Assembly: GCA_964035545.1 (NCBI GenBank)
Contig: OZ037767.1
Location: 18,072,259 to 18,136,258, forward strand
DNA length: 64,000 nucleotides
Origin: Bugula neritina
Lineage: Eukaryota > Animalia > Bryozoa
Reading direction: 5' to 3'
Below, piece by piece: positions 29,101-45,000 of the stretch (the stretch's first letter is position 1; each line of letters begins with the position of its first letter). Made by a program: the position numbers and the translations under genes. A model generated the notes under the pieces. The model was not told the DNA's origin and ran no database searches. It worked only from the letters and a program-made list of their open reading frames with translations.

Positions 29101-30840
29101 AACATACTGCAACATAATGAAATATACTGTACCAAACTGAAATATACGGCAAAATACTGAAATATACTGTAACACACTGAAATATACTGCAACATATTGA
29201 AATACACTGTAACATAATGAAATATACTGCAACATACTGCAACATACTGCAACATACTGAAATACACTGTAACATACTGAAATACACTGCAACATACTAC
29301 AACATATTGAAATACACTGCAACACATTGAAATATACTGCAACATACCTAAATATATGGTAATATACAGAAATATACTGTAACATACTGAAATATACTGC
29401 AAGATACTGCAAGATACTGCAACATACTGAAATGCACTTTAACATACTGAAATACACTGCAACATACTGACTTATACTGACATACACTGGAACATATTGA
29501 AATACACTGCAACAAATTGAAGTATGCTGCAACACACTGAAACATACGGCAACATGCTGAAACATACAGCGACACATTGAAATATACTGCAACATACTGC
29601 AATATACGGAAATATAATGCAAGATACTGCATCATACCGAAATACACTGTGACATACTGAGATACACTGCAACATACTGCAAAATACTGAAATACACTGT
29701 AACTTATTGAAATACACTGCAACACATTGAAATATACTGCAACACACCGAAACATACGGCAACATACTGAAATATGATGTAGCATACTGAAATACACTGC
29801 AACACACTGAAGTATACTGTAATATACACAAATGTACTGTTACAAACTGAAACATACGTCAACATACTGAAATGTACTGCACCATACTGAAATACACTGT
29901 AATATACTGAATTACACTGCAACGTACTGCAACATACTGAAATACGCTGTAACATATTGAAATACACTGCAACACATTGAAATATACTGTAACTCACTGA
30001 AATATAGCGTAATCAACGGAAATGTACTGTAACATACCGAAACATACTGAAACATACTGAAACATACTAAAATATACTGGAGCATACCGAAACGTACTGC
30101 AACATACTGAAATATACTGCGAGATACTGCAACATACTGAAATACACTGTAACATACTGAAATACACTGCAACATACTGAAACATACCGAAACATACTAA
30201 AATATACTGGAACATACCGGAACATACTGCAACATAATGAAATATACTGTACCAAACTGAAATATACGGCAAAATAATGGAATATACTGTAACACACTGA
30301 AATATACTGCAACATATTGAAATACACTGTAACATAATGAAATATACTGCAACATACTGCAACATACTGCAACATACTGAAATACACTGTAACATACTGA
30401 AATACACTGCAACATACTACAACATATTGAAATACACTGCAACACATTGAAATATACTGCAACATACCTAAATATATGGTAATATACTGAAATATACTGT
30501 AACATACTGAAATATACTGCAACATACTGAAATAAACTGTAACATACTGAAATACACTGCAAAATACTGAAATACACTGCCACATACTGAAATATACTGC
30601 AAGATACTGCAACATACTGAAATACAGTGTAGCATACTGAAATACACTGCAACATGCTGCATTATACTGACATACACTGGAACGTATTGAAATACATTGC
30701 AACACATTGAAATATACTGTAACTCACTGAAATAAAGTGTAATCAACGGAAATGTACTGTAACATACTGAAACATACTGAAACATACTAAAATATACTGG
30801 AGCATACCGAAACGTACTGCAACATACTGAAATATACTGC
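26180..30840 (+). repeat. ~4.6 kb HOR block with an internal 1170-bp repeat; recurs at ~58275-62945
   Basis: ORF pairs offset by 32104: 27277/59381, 28292/60396, 28714/60818, 29472/61576, 30197/62301. The offset is 32094 at the 5' part. The internal pair 27752/28922 is offset by 1170. Confidence 0.88.
27021..27230 (+). repeat. Local repeat at 140-bp offset marked by aatacggtgt aacatattga aattcactgc
   Basis: The marker is at 27031 and 27171, and the same 140-bp pairing occurs at ~53213/53353 and ~59135/59275. Confidence 0.8.
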
Positions 30841-33060
30841 TAGATACTGCAACATACTGAAATACACTGTAACATACTGAAATACACTGCAACATACTGC
30901 AACATACTACAACATACTGCAACATACTGCAACATACTGAATTACAGTGTAACATATTGAAATACACTGCAACAAATTGGAGTATACTGCAACACACTGA
31001 AGTTTACTGTAATATACAGAAATGTACTGTAACAAACTGAAACATACGTCAACATACTGAAATACACTGCCACATACTGAAATATACTGCAACATACTGA
31101 AATTTACTGCAACATACTGAAATACGCTGCTACATACTGAAATACACTGCAACATACTGACTTATACTGACATACACTGGAACATATTGAAATACACTGC
31201 AACAAATTGAAGTATACTGCAACACACTGAAATATGCTGTAACATATTGAAATACACTGCAACACATTGAAATATACTGTTACTTACTGAAATATAGTGT
31301 AATCAACGGAAATGTACTGTAACATGCTGAAACATACTGAAACATACTAAAATATACTGGAGCATACCGAAACGTACTGCAACATACTGAAATATACTGC
31401 GAGATACTGCAACATACTGAAATACACTGTAACATACTGAAATACACTGCAACATACTGCAACATACTACAACATACTGCAACATACCGCAACATACTGA
31501 ATTACAGTGTAACATATTGAAATACACTGCAATACATTGAAATATACTGCAACACACTGAAACATACTGCAACATACGGAAATATACTGCAACATATCAA
31601 AGTGTATCGTAATATACGGACATGTACTGTAACATACTGAAACATACTGAAACATACTAAAATATACTGGAACATACCGGAACATACTGCAAAATAATGA
31701 AACATACTGTACCACACTGAAATATACGGCAAAATACTGAAATACACTGCAACATACTGCATTATACTGACATACACTGGAACATATTGAAATACACTGC
31801 AACAAATTGAAGTATACTGCAATACACTGAAACATACTGCAATATACTCAAATATACTGCAACACATTAAAATATACTGCAACGTACTGAAATATGATGC
31901 AAGATACTGCAACATACTGAAATACACTGTGACATACTGAGATACACAGCAACATTCTGCAACATACTGAAATACACTGTAACATATTGAAAGACACTGC
32001 AACACATTGAAATATACTGCAACACACCGAAACGTACGGCAACATATTGAAATATGCTGTAGCATACTGAAATACACTGCAACACACTGAAGTATACTGT
32101 AATATACATAAATGTACTGTAACAAACTGAAATATACTGCAACATACTGAAATATACTGCAACACACTGCAACTTACTGAAATACACTGTAACATACTAA
32201 AATACACTGCAAAATACTACAACATACTGAAATATACTGTAACACATAGAAAAATACTGCATATACTGCAATATACTGTAAAACACTGAAATATACTGCA
32301 ACATACTGAAATACACTGTAACATACTGAAACATACTGCAACATACTGAAATACACTGCAACATACTACAACATTTTGAAATACACTGCAACACATTGAA
32401 ATATACTGCAACATACCTAAATATACGGTAATATACTGAAATATACTGTAACATACTGAAATATACTGCAAGATACTGCAACATACTGAAATGCACTTTA
32501 ACATACTGAAATACACTGCAACATACTGACTTATAGCCTACTGACATACACTGGAACAACTTAAAATACACTGCAACAAATTGAAGTATACTGCAACACA
32601 CTGAAGTATACTGTAATATACAGAAATGTACTGTAACAAACTGAAACATACGTCAACATACTGAAAGACACTGCCACATACTGAAATATACTGCAACAAA
32701 CTGAAATATACTGGAACATACTAAAATACACTGCTACATACTGAAATACACTGTAACATATTGAAATACACTGCAACACATTGAAATATACTGCAACACA
32801 CCGAAACATACAGCAACATACTGAAATACATTGCTACATACTGAAATTTACTGCAACATACTGCAACATACTGAAATACACTGCTACATACTGAAATTTA
32901 CTGCAACATACTGCAACATACTGAAATACACTGTAATATACTGAGTTACACTGCAACATACTGCAACATACTGAAATACGCTGTAACATATTGAAACACA
33001 CTGCAACACATTGAAATATACTGTAACTCACTGAAATATAGTGTAATAAACGGAAATATA
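30790..33060 (+). repeat. Dispersed copy of the domain II segment ~13620-15890
   Basis: ORF pairs offset by 17168: 13739/30907, 14112/31280, 14680/31848, 15393/32561. Confidence 0.85.
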
Positions 33061-36000
33061 CTGTAACATACTGAAACATACCGAAACATGCTAAAATATA
33101 CTGGAGCATACCGAGACGTACTGCAACATACTGAAATATACTGCCAGATACTGCAACATACTGAAATACACTGTAACATACTGAAATACACTGCAATATA
33201 CTGCAACATACTGCTACATACTGAAATACGGTGTAACATATTGAAATTCATTGCAATACATTGAAATATACTGCAACACACTGAATCATACTGCAACATA
33301 CTGAAATATACCGCAACATATCGAAGTATATCGTAATATACGGACATGTACTGTAACATACTGAAACATACTGAAACATACTAAAATATACTGGAACATA
33401 TCGAAACATACTGCAACATAATGAAATATACTGTACCACGAAATGTACTGTAACATAGTGGAATATACTGTAACACACTGAAATATACTGCAACATATTG
33501 AAATACACTGTAACATAATGAAATATACTGCAACATACTGCAACATACTGCAACATACTGAAATACACTGTAACATACTGATATACACTGCAACATACTA
33601 CAACATAGTGAAATACACTGCAACATACTGAAATATACTGTGACACACTGAAAGAGACTGCAACATACTGAAATACACTGTAATATACTGATATACACTG
33701 CAAAATACTGAAATACCCTGCTACATACTGAAATATACTGCAAGATACTGCAACATACTGAAATACAGTGTAACATACTGAAATACACTGCAACGTACTG
33801 CATTATACTGACATACACTGGAACATATTGAAATACACCGCAACAAATTGAAGTATACTGCAACACACAGAAACATACGGCAACATAATGAAATATGCTG
33901 TAGCATACTGAAATACACTGCAACACACTGAAGTATACTGCAACATACTGAAATATACTGCAACACACTGCAACTTACTGAAATAGACTAAAACATACTG
34001 AAATACACTGCAGAATACTACAACATACTGAAATACACTGTAACATGTTGAAATACACTGCAACACATTGAAATATACTGCAACATACCGAAATATATGG
34101 TAAACTACTGAAATATGCTGTGACACATAGAAAAATACTGCAATATACTGAAACATACTGTAACACACTGAAATATACTGCGACATACTGAAAAACACTG
34201 TAACATACTGAAACATACTGCAACATACTGAAATACACTGCAACATACTAAAACATATTGAAATACACTGCAACACATTGAAATATACTGCAACATACCT
34301 AAATATATGGTAATATACTGAAATATACTGTAACATACTGAAATATACTGCAAGATACTGCAACATACTGAAATGCACTTTAACATACTGAAATACACTG
34401 CAACATACTGACTTATACTGACATACACTGGAACATATTGAAATACACTGCAACAAATTGAAGTGTGCTGCAACACACTGAAACATACGGCAACATGCTA
34501 AAATATACTGAAATATAATGCAAGATACTGCAACATACTGAAATACACTGTGACATACTGAGATACACTGCAACATACTGCAACATACTGAAACACACTG
34601 CAATTTATTGAAATACACTGCAACACATTGAAATATACTGCAACACACCGAAACATACGGCAACATACTGAAATATGATGTAGCATACTGAAATACACTG
34701 CAACACACTGAAGTATACTGTAATATACACAAATGTACTGTAACAAACTGAAACATACGTCAACATACTGAAATGTACTGCACCATACTGAAATACACTG
34801 TAATATACTGAATTACACTGCGACATACTGCAACATACTGAAATACGCTGTAACATATTGAAATACACTGCAACACATTGAAATATACCGTAACTCACTA
34901 AAATATAGTGTTATCAACGGAAATGTACTGTAACATACTGAAACATACTGAAACATACTAAAATATACTGGAGCATACCGAAACGTACTGCAACGTCCTG
35001 AAATATACGGCGAGATACTGCAACATACGGAAATACACTGTAACATACTGAAATACACTGCAGAAAACTACAACATACTGAAATACACTGTAACATGTTG
35101 AAATACACTGCGACACATTGAAATATACTGCAACATACCGAAATATATGGTAAACTACTGAAATATGCTGTGACACATAGAAAAATACTGCAATATACTG
35201 AAATATACTGTAACACACTGAAATATACTGCGTCATACTGAAAAACACTGTAACATACTGAAAAATACTGCAACATCCTGAAATACATCACAACATACTG
35301 CAACATATTGAAATACTCTGCAACACAGTGAAATATACTGCAACATACCTAAGTATATGGTAATATACTGAAATATACTGTAACATACTGAAATATACTG
35401 CAAGATACTGCAACATACTGAAATGCACTTTAACATACTGAAATACACTGCAACATACTGCAACATACTGCAACATACTGAATTACAGTGTAACATATTG
35501 AAACACACTGCAATACATTGAAATATACTGCAACACACTGAAACATACGGCAACATACTCAAATATACTGCAACACATTGAAATATACTGCAACATACTG
35601 AAATATAATGCAAGATACTGCAACATACTGAAATACACTGCTACATACTGAAATACACTGCAACATACTGACTTATACTGACATACACTGGAACATATTG
35701 GTATACACTGCAACAAATTAAAATATACTGCAACACACTGAAACAGACAGGAACATGCTGAAATATACAGCGACACATTGAAGTATACTGCAACATACTG
35801 CAATATACTGAAATATAATGCAAAATACTGCAACATACTGAAATACACTGTGACATACTGAGATACACTGCAACATACTGCAACATACTGAAATACGCTG
35901 TAACTTATTGAAATACACTGCAACATACTGACTTATAGCCTACTGACATACACTGGAACAACTTAAAATACACTGCAACAAATTGAAGTATACTGCAACA

Positions 36001-39000
36001 CACTGAAGTATACTGTGATATACAGAAATGTACTGTAACAAACTGAAACATACGTCAACATACTGAAAGACACTGCCACATACTGAAATATACTGCAACA
36101 AACTGAAATAAACTGGAACATACTAAAATACACTGCTACATACTGAAATACACTGTAACATGTTGAAATACACTGCAACACATCGAAATATACTGCAACA
36201 CACCGAAACATACAGCAACATACTGAAATACACTGCTACATACTGAAATTTACTGCAACATACTGCAACATGCTGAAATACACTGTAATATACTGAGTTA
36301 CACTGCAACATACTGCAACATACTGAAATACGCTGTAACATATTGAAACACACTGCAACACATTGAAATATACTGTAAGTCACTGAAATATAGTGTAATA
36401 AACGGAAATATACTGTAACATACTGAAACATACTGAAACATACTAAAATATACTGGAGCATACCGAGACGTACTGCAACATACTGAAATATACTGCCAGA
36501 TACTGCAACATACTGAAATACACTGTAACATACTGAAATACACTGCAATATACTGCAACATACTGCAACATACTGAAATACGGTGTAACATATTGAAATT
36601 CATTGCAATACATTGAAATATACTGCAACACACTGAATCATACTGCAACATACTGAAATATACCGCAACATATCGAAGTATATCGTAATATACGGACATG
36701 TACTGTAACATACTGAAACATACTGAAACATACTAAAATATACTGGAACATATCGAAACATACTGCAACATAATGAAATATACTGTACCACGAAATGTAC
36801 TGTAACATAGTGGAATATACTGTAACACACTGAAATATACTGCAACATATTGAAATACACTGTAACATAATGAAATATACTGCAACATACTGCAACATAC
36901 TGCAACATACTGAAATACACTGTAACATACTGATATACACTGCAACATACTACAACATAGTGAAATACACTGCAACATACTGAAATATACTGTGACACAC
37001 TGAAAGAGACTGCAACATACTGAAATACACTGTAATATACTGATATACACTGCAAAATACTGAAATACCCTGCTACATACTGAAATATACTGCAAGATAC
37101 TGCAACATACTGAAATACAGTGTAACATACTGAAATACACTGCAACGTACTGCATTATACTGACATACACTGGAACATATTGAAATACACCGCAACAAAT
37201 TGAAGTATACTGCAACACACAGAAACATACGGCAACATAATGAAATATGCTGTAGCATACTGAAATACACTGCAACACACTGAAGTATACTGCAACATAC
37301 TGAAATATACTGCAACACACTGCAACTTACTGAAATAGACTAAAACATACTGAAATACACTGCAGAATACTACAACATACTGAAATACACTGTAACATGT
37401 TGAAATACACTGCAACACATTGAAATATACTGCAACATACCGAAATATATGGTAAACTACTGAAATATGCTGTGACACATAGAAAAATACTGCAATATAC
37501 TGAAACATACTGTAACACACTGAAATATACTGCGACATACTGAAAAACACTGTAACATACTGAAACATACTGCAACATACTGAAATACACTGCAACATAC
37601 TAAAACATATTGAAATACACTGCAACACATTGAAATATACTGCAACATACCTAAATATATGGTAATATACTGAAATATACTGTAACATACTGAAATATAC
37701 TGCAAGATACTGCAACATACTGAAATGCACTTTAACATACTGAAATACACTGCAACATACTGACTTATACTGACATACACTGGAACATATTGAAATACAC
37801 TGCAACAAATTGAAGTGTGCTGCAACACACTGAAACATACGGCAACATGCTAAAATATACTGAAATATAATGCAAGATACTGCAACATACTGAAATACAC
37901 TGTGACATACTGAGATACACTGCAACATACTGCAACATACTGAAACACACTGCAATTTATTGAAATACACTGCAACACATTGAAATATACTGCAACACAC
38001 CGAAACATACGGCAACATACTGAAATATGATGTAGCATACTGAAATACACTGCAACACACTGAAGTATACTGTAATATACACAAATGTACTGTAACAAAC
38101 TGAAACATACGTCAACATACTGAAATGTACTGCACCATACTGAAATACACTGTAATATACTGAATTACACTGCGACATACTGCAACATACTGAAATACGC
38201 TGTAACATATTGAAATACACTGCAACACATTGAAATATACCGTAACTCACTAAAATATAGTGTTATCAACGGAAATGTACTGTAACATACTGAAACATAC
38301 TGAAACATACTAAAATATACTGGAGCATACCGAAACGTACTGCAACGTCCTGAAATATACGGCGAGATACTGCAACATACGGAAATACACTGTAACATAC
38401 TGAAATACACTGCAGAAAACTACAACATACTGAAATACACTGTAACATGTTGAAATACACTGCGACACATTGAAATATACTGCAACATACCGAAATATAT
38501 GGTAAACTACTGAAATATGCTGTGACACATAGAAAAATACTGCAATATACTGAAATATACTGTAACACACTGAAATATACTGCGTCATACTGAAAAACAC
38601 TGTAACATACTGAAAAATACTGCAACATCCTGAAATACATCACAACATACTGCAACATATTGAAATACTCTGCAACACAGTGAAATATACTGCAACATAC
38701 CTAAGTATATGGTAATATACTGAAATATACTGTAACATACTGAAATATACTGCAAGATACTGCAACATACTGAAATGCACTTTAACATACTGAAATACAC
38801 TGCAACATACTGCAACATACTGCAACATACTGAATTACAGTGTAACATATTGAAACACACTGCAATACATTGAAATATACTGCAACACACTGAAACATAC
38901 GGCAACATACTCAAATATACTGCAACACATTGAAATATACTGCAACATACTGAAATATAATGCAAGATACTGCAACATACTGAAATACACTGCTACATAC

Positions 39001-42000
39001 TGAAATACACTGCAACATACTGACTTATACTGACATACACTGGAACATATTGGTATACACTGCAACAAATTAAAATATACTGCAACACACTGAAACAGAC
39101 AGGAACATGCTGAAATATACAGCGACACATTGAAGTATACTGCAACATACTGCAATATACTGAAATATAATGCAAAATACTGCAACATACTGAAATACAC
39201 TGTGACATACTGAGATACACTGCAACATACTGCAACATACTGAAATACGCTGTAACTTATTGAAATACACTGCAACATACTGACTTATAGCCTACTGACA
39301 TACACTGGAACAACTTAAAATACACTGCAACAAATTGAAGTATACTGCAACACACTGAAGTATACTGTGATATACAGAAATGTACTGTAACAAACTGAAA
39401 CATACGTCAACATACTGAAAGACACTGCCACATACTGAAATATACTGCAACAAACTGAAATAAACTGGAACATACTAAAATACACTGCTACATACTGAAA
39501 TACACTGTAACATGTTGAAATACACTGCAACACATCGAAATATACTGCAACACACCGAAACATACAGCAACATACTGAAATACACTGCTACATACTGAAA
39601 TTTACTGCAACATACTGCAACATGCTGAAATACACTGTAATATACTGAGTTACACTGCAACATACTGCAACATACTGAAATACGCTGTAACATATTGAAA
39701 CACACTGCAACACATTGAAATATACTGTAAGTCACTGAAATATAGTGTAATAAACGGAAATATACTGTAACATACTGAAACATACTGAAACATACTAAAA
39801 TATACTGGAGCATACCGAGACGTACTGCAACATACTGAAATATACTGCCAGATACTGCAACATACTGAAATACACTGTAACATACTGAAATACACTGCAA
39901 CACACTGAAACATACTGCAACATACGGAAATATACTGCAACATATCAAAGTGTATCAAAATATACGGACATGTACTGTAACATACTGAAACATACTGAAA
40001 CATACTAAAATATACTGGAACATACCGGAACATACTGCAAAATAATGAAACATACTGTACCACACTGAAATATACGGCAAAATACTGAAATACACTGCAA
40101 CATACTGCATTATACTGACATACACTGGAACATATTGAAATACACTGCAACAAATTTAAGTATACTGCAATACACTGAAACATACGGCAATATACTCAAA
40201 TATACTGCAACACATTAAAATATACTGCAACGTACTGAAATATGATGCAAGATACTGCAACATACTGAAATACACTGTGACATACTGAGATACACAGCAA
40301 CATTCTGCAACATACTGAAATACACTGTAACATATTGAAACACACTGCAACACATTGAATTATACTGCAACACACCGAAACGTACGGCAACATATTGAAA
40401 TATGCTGTAGCATACTGAAATACACTGCAACACACTGAAGTATACTGTAATATACATAAATGTACTGTAACAAACTGAAATATACTGCAACATACTGAAA
40501 TATACTGCAACACACTGCAACTTACTGAAATACACTGTAAGATACTAAAATACACTGCAAAATACTACAACATACTGAAATATACTGTAACACATAGAAA
40601 AATACTGCATATACTGCAATATACTGTAACACACTGAAATATACTGCAACATACTGAAATACACTGTAACATACTGAAACATACTGCAACATACTGAAAT
40701 ACACTGCAACATACTACAACATTTTGAAATACACTGCAACACATTGAAATATACTGCAACATACCTAAATATACGGTAATATACTGAAATATACTGTAAC
40801 ATACTGAAATATACTGCAAGATACTGCAACATACTGAAATGCACTTTAACATACTGAAATACACTGCAACATACTGACTTATAGCCTACTGACATACACT
40901 GGAACAACTTAAAATACACTGCAACAAATTGAAGTATACTGCAACACACTGAAGTATACTGTAATATACAGAAATGTACTGTAACAAACTGAAACATACG
41001 TCAACATACTGAAAGACACTGCCACATACTGAAATATACTGCAACAAACTGAAATATACTGGAACATACTAAAATACACTGCTACATACTGAAATACACT
41101 GTAACATATTGAAATACACTGCAACACATTGAAATATACTGCAACACACCGAAACATACAGCAACATACTGAAATACATTGCTACATACTGAAATTTACT
41201 GCAACATACTGCAACATACTGAAATACACTGCTACATACTGAAATTTACTGCAACATACTGCAACATACTGAAATACACTGTAATATACTGAGTTACACT
41301 GCAACATACTGCAACATACTGAAATACGCTGTAACATATTGAAACACACTGCAACACATTGAAATATACTGTAACTCACTGAAATATAGTGTAATAAACG
41401 GAAATATACTGTAACATACTGAAACATACCGAAACATGCTAAAATATACTGGAGCATACCGAGACGTACTGCAACATACTGAAATATACTGCCAGATACT
41501 GCAACATACTGAAATACACTGTAACATACTGAAATACACTGCAATATACTGCAACATACTGCTACATACTGAAATACGGTGTAACATATTGAAATTCATT
41601 GCAATACATTGAAATATACTGCAACACACTGAATCATACTGCAACATACTGAAATATACCGCAACATATCGAAGTATATCGTAATATACGGACATGTACT
41701 GTAACATACTGAAACATACTGAAACATACTAAAATATACTGGAACATATCGAAACATACTGCAACATAATGAAATATACTGTACCACGAAATGTACTGTA
41801 ACATAGTGGAATATACTGTAACACACTGAAATATACTGCAACATATTGAAATACACTGTAACATAATGAAATATACTGCAACATACTGCAACATACTGCA
41901 ACATACTGAAATACACTGTAACATACTGATATACACTGCAACATACTACAACATAGTGAAATACACTGCAACATACTGAAATATACTGTGACACACTGAA

Positions 42001-45000
42001 AGAGACTGCAACATACTGAAATACACTGTAATATACTGATATACACTGCAAAATACTGAAATACCCTGCTACATACTGAAATATACTGCAAGATACTGCA
42101 ACATACTGAAATACAGTGTAACATACTGAAATACACTGCAACGTACTGCATTATACTGACATACACTGGAACATATTGAAATACACCGCAACAAATTGAA
42201 GTATACTGCAACACACAGAAACATACGGCAACATAATGAAATATGCTGTAGCATACTGAAATACACTGCAACACACTGAAGTATACTGCAACATACTGAA
42301 ATATACTGCAACACACTGCAACTTACTGAAATAGACTAAAACATACTGAAATACACTGCAGAATACTACAACATACTGAAATACACTGTAACATGTTGAA
42401 ATACACTGCAACACATTGAAATATACTGCAACATACCGAAATATATGGTAAACTACTGAAATATGCTGTGACACATAGAAAAATACTGCAATATACTGAA
42501 ACATACTGTAACACACTGAAATATACTGCGACATACTGAAAAACACTGTAACATACTGAAACATACTGCAACATACTGAAATACACTGCAACATACTAAA
42601 ACATATTGAAATACACTGCAACACATTGAAATATACTGCAACATACCTAAATATATGGTAATATACTGAAATATACTGTAACATACTGAAATATACTGCA
42701 AGATACTGCAACATACTGAAATGCACTTTAACATACTGAAATACACTGCAACATACTGACTTATACTGACATACACTGGAACATATTGAAATACACTGCA
42801 ACAAATTGAAGTGTGCTGCAACACACTGAAACATACGGCAACATGCTAAAATATACTGAAATATAATGCAAGATACTGCAACATACTGAAATACACTGTG
42901 ACATACTGAGATACACTGCAACATACTGCAACATACTGAAACACACTGCAATTTATTGAAATACACTGCAACACATTGAAATATACTGCAACACACCGAA
43001 ACATACGGCAACATACTGAAATATGATGTAGCATACTGAAATACACTGCAACACACTGAAGTATACTGTAATATACACAAATGTACTGTAACAAACTGAA
43101 ACATACGTCAACATACTGAAATGTACTGCACCATACTGAAATACACTGTAATATACTGAATTACACTGCGACATACTGCAACATACTGAAATACGCTGTA
43201 ACATATTGAAATACACTGCAACACATTGAAATATACCGTAACTCACTAAAATATAGTGTTATCAACGGAAATGTACTGTAACATACTGAAACATACTGAA
43301 ACATACTAAAATATACTGGAGCATACCGAAACGTACTGCAACGTCCTGAAATATACGGCGAGATACTGCAACATACGGAAATACACTGTAACATACTGAA
43401 ATACACTGCAGAAAACTACAACATACTGAAATACACTGTAACATGTTGAAATACACTGCGACACATTGAAATATACTGCAACATACCGAAATATATGGTA
43501 AACTACTGAAATATGCTGTGACACATAGAAAAATACTGCAATATACTGAAATATACTGTAACACACTGAAATATACTGCGTCATACTGAAAAACACTGTA
43601 ACATACTGAAAAATACTGCAACATCCTGAAATACATCACAACATACTGCAACATATTGAAATACTCTGCAACACAGTGAAATATACTGCAACATACCTAA
43701 GTATATGGTAATATACTGAAATATACTGTAACATACTGAAATATACTGCAAGATACTGCAACATACTGAAATGCACTTTAACATACTGAAATACACTGCA
43801 ACATACTGCAACATACTGCAACATACTGAATTACAGTGTAACATATTGAAACACACTGCAATACATTGAAATATACTGCAACACACTGAAACATACGGCA
43901 ACATACTCAAATATACTGCAACACATTGAAATATACTGCAACATACTGAAATATAATGCAAGATACTGCAACATACTGAAATACACTGCTACATACTGAA
44001 ATACACTGCAACATACTGACTTATACTGACATACACTGGAACATATTGGTATACACTGCAACAAATTAAAATATACTGCAACACACTGAAACAGACAGGA
44101 ACATGCTGAAATATACAGCGACACATTGAAGTATACTGCAACATACTGCAATATACTGAAATATAATGCAAAATACTGCAACATACTGAAATACACTGTG
44201 ACATACTGAGATACACTGCAACATACTGCAACATACTGAAATACGCTGTAACTTATTGAAATACACTGCAACATACTGACTTATAGCCTACTGACATACA
44301 CTGGAACAACTTAAAATACACTGCAACAAATTGAAGTATACTGCAACACACTGAAGTATACTGTGATATACAGAAATGTACTGTAACAAACTGAAACATA
44401 CGTCAACATACTGAAAGACACTGCCACATACTGAAATATACTGCAACAAACTGAAATAAACTGGAACATACTAAAATACACTGCTACATACTGAAATACA
44501 CTGTAACATGTTGAAATACACTGCAACACATCGAAATATACTGCAACACACCGAAACATACAGCAACATACTGAAATACACTGCTACATACTGAAATTTA
44601 CTGCAACATACTGCAACATGCTGAAATACACTGTAATATACTGAGTTACACTGCAACATACTGCAACATACTGAAATACGCTGTAACATATTGAAACACA
44701 CTGCAACACATTGAAATATACTGTAAGTCACTGAAATATAGTGTAATAAACGGAAATATACTGTAACATACTGAAACATACTGAAACATACTAAAATATA
44801 CTGGAGCATACCGAGACGTACTGCAACATACTGAAATATACTGCCAGATACTGCAACATACTGAAATACACTGTAACATACTGAAATACACTGCAATATA
44901 CTGCAACATACTGCAACATACTGAAATACGGTGTAACATATTGAAATTCATTGCAATACATTGAAATATACTGCAACACACTGAATCATACTGCAACATA

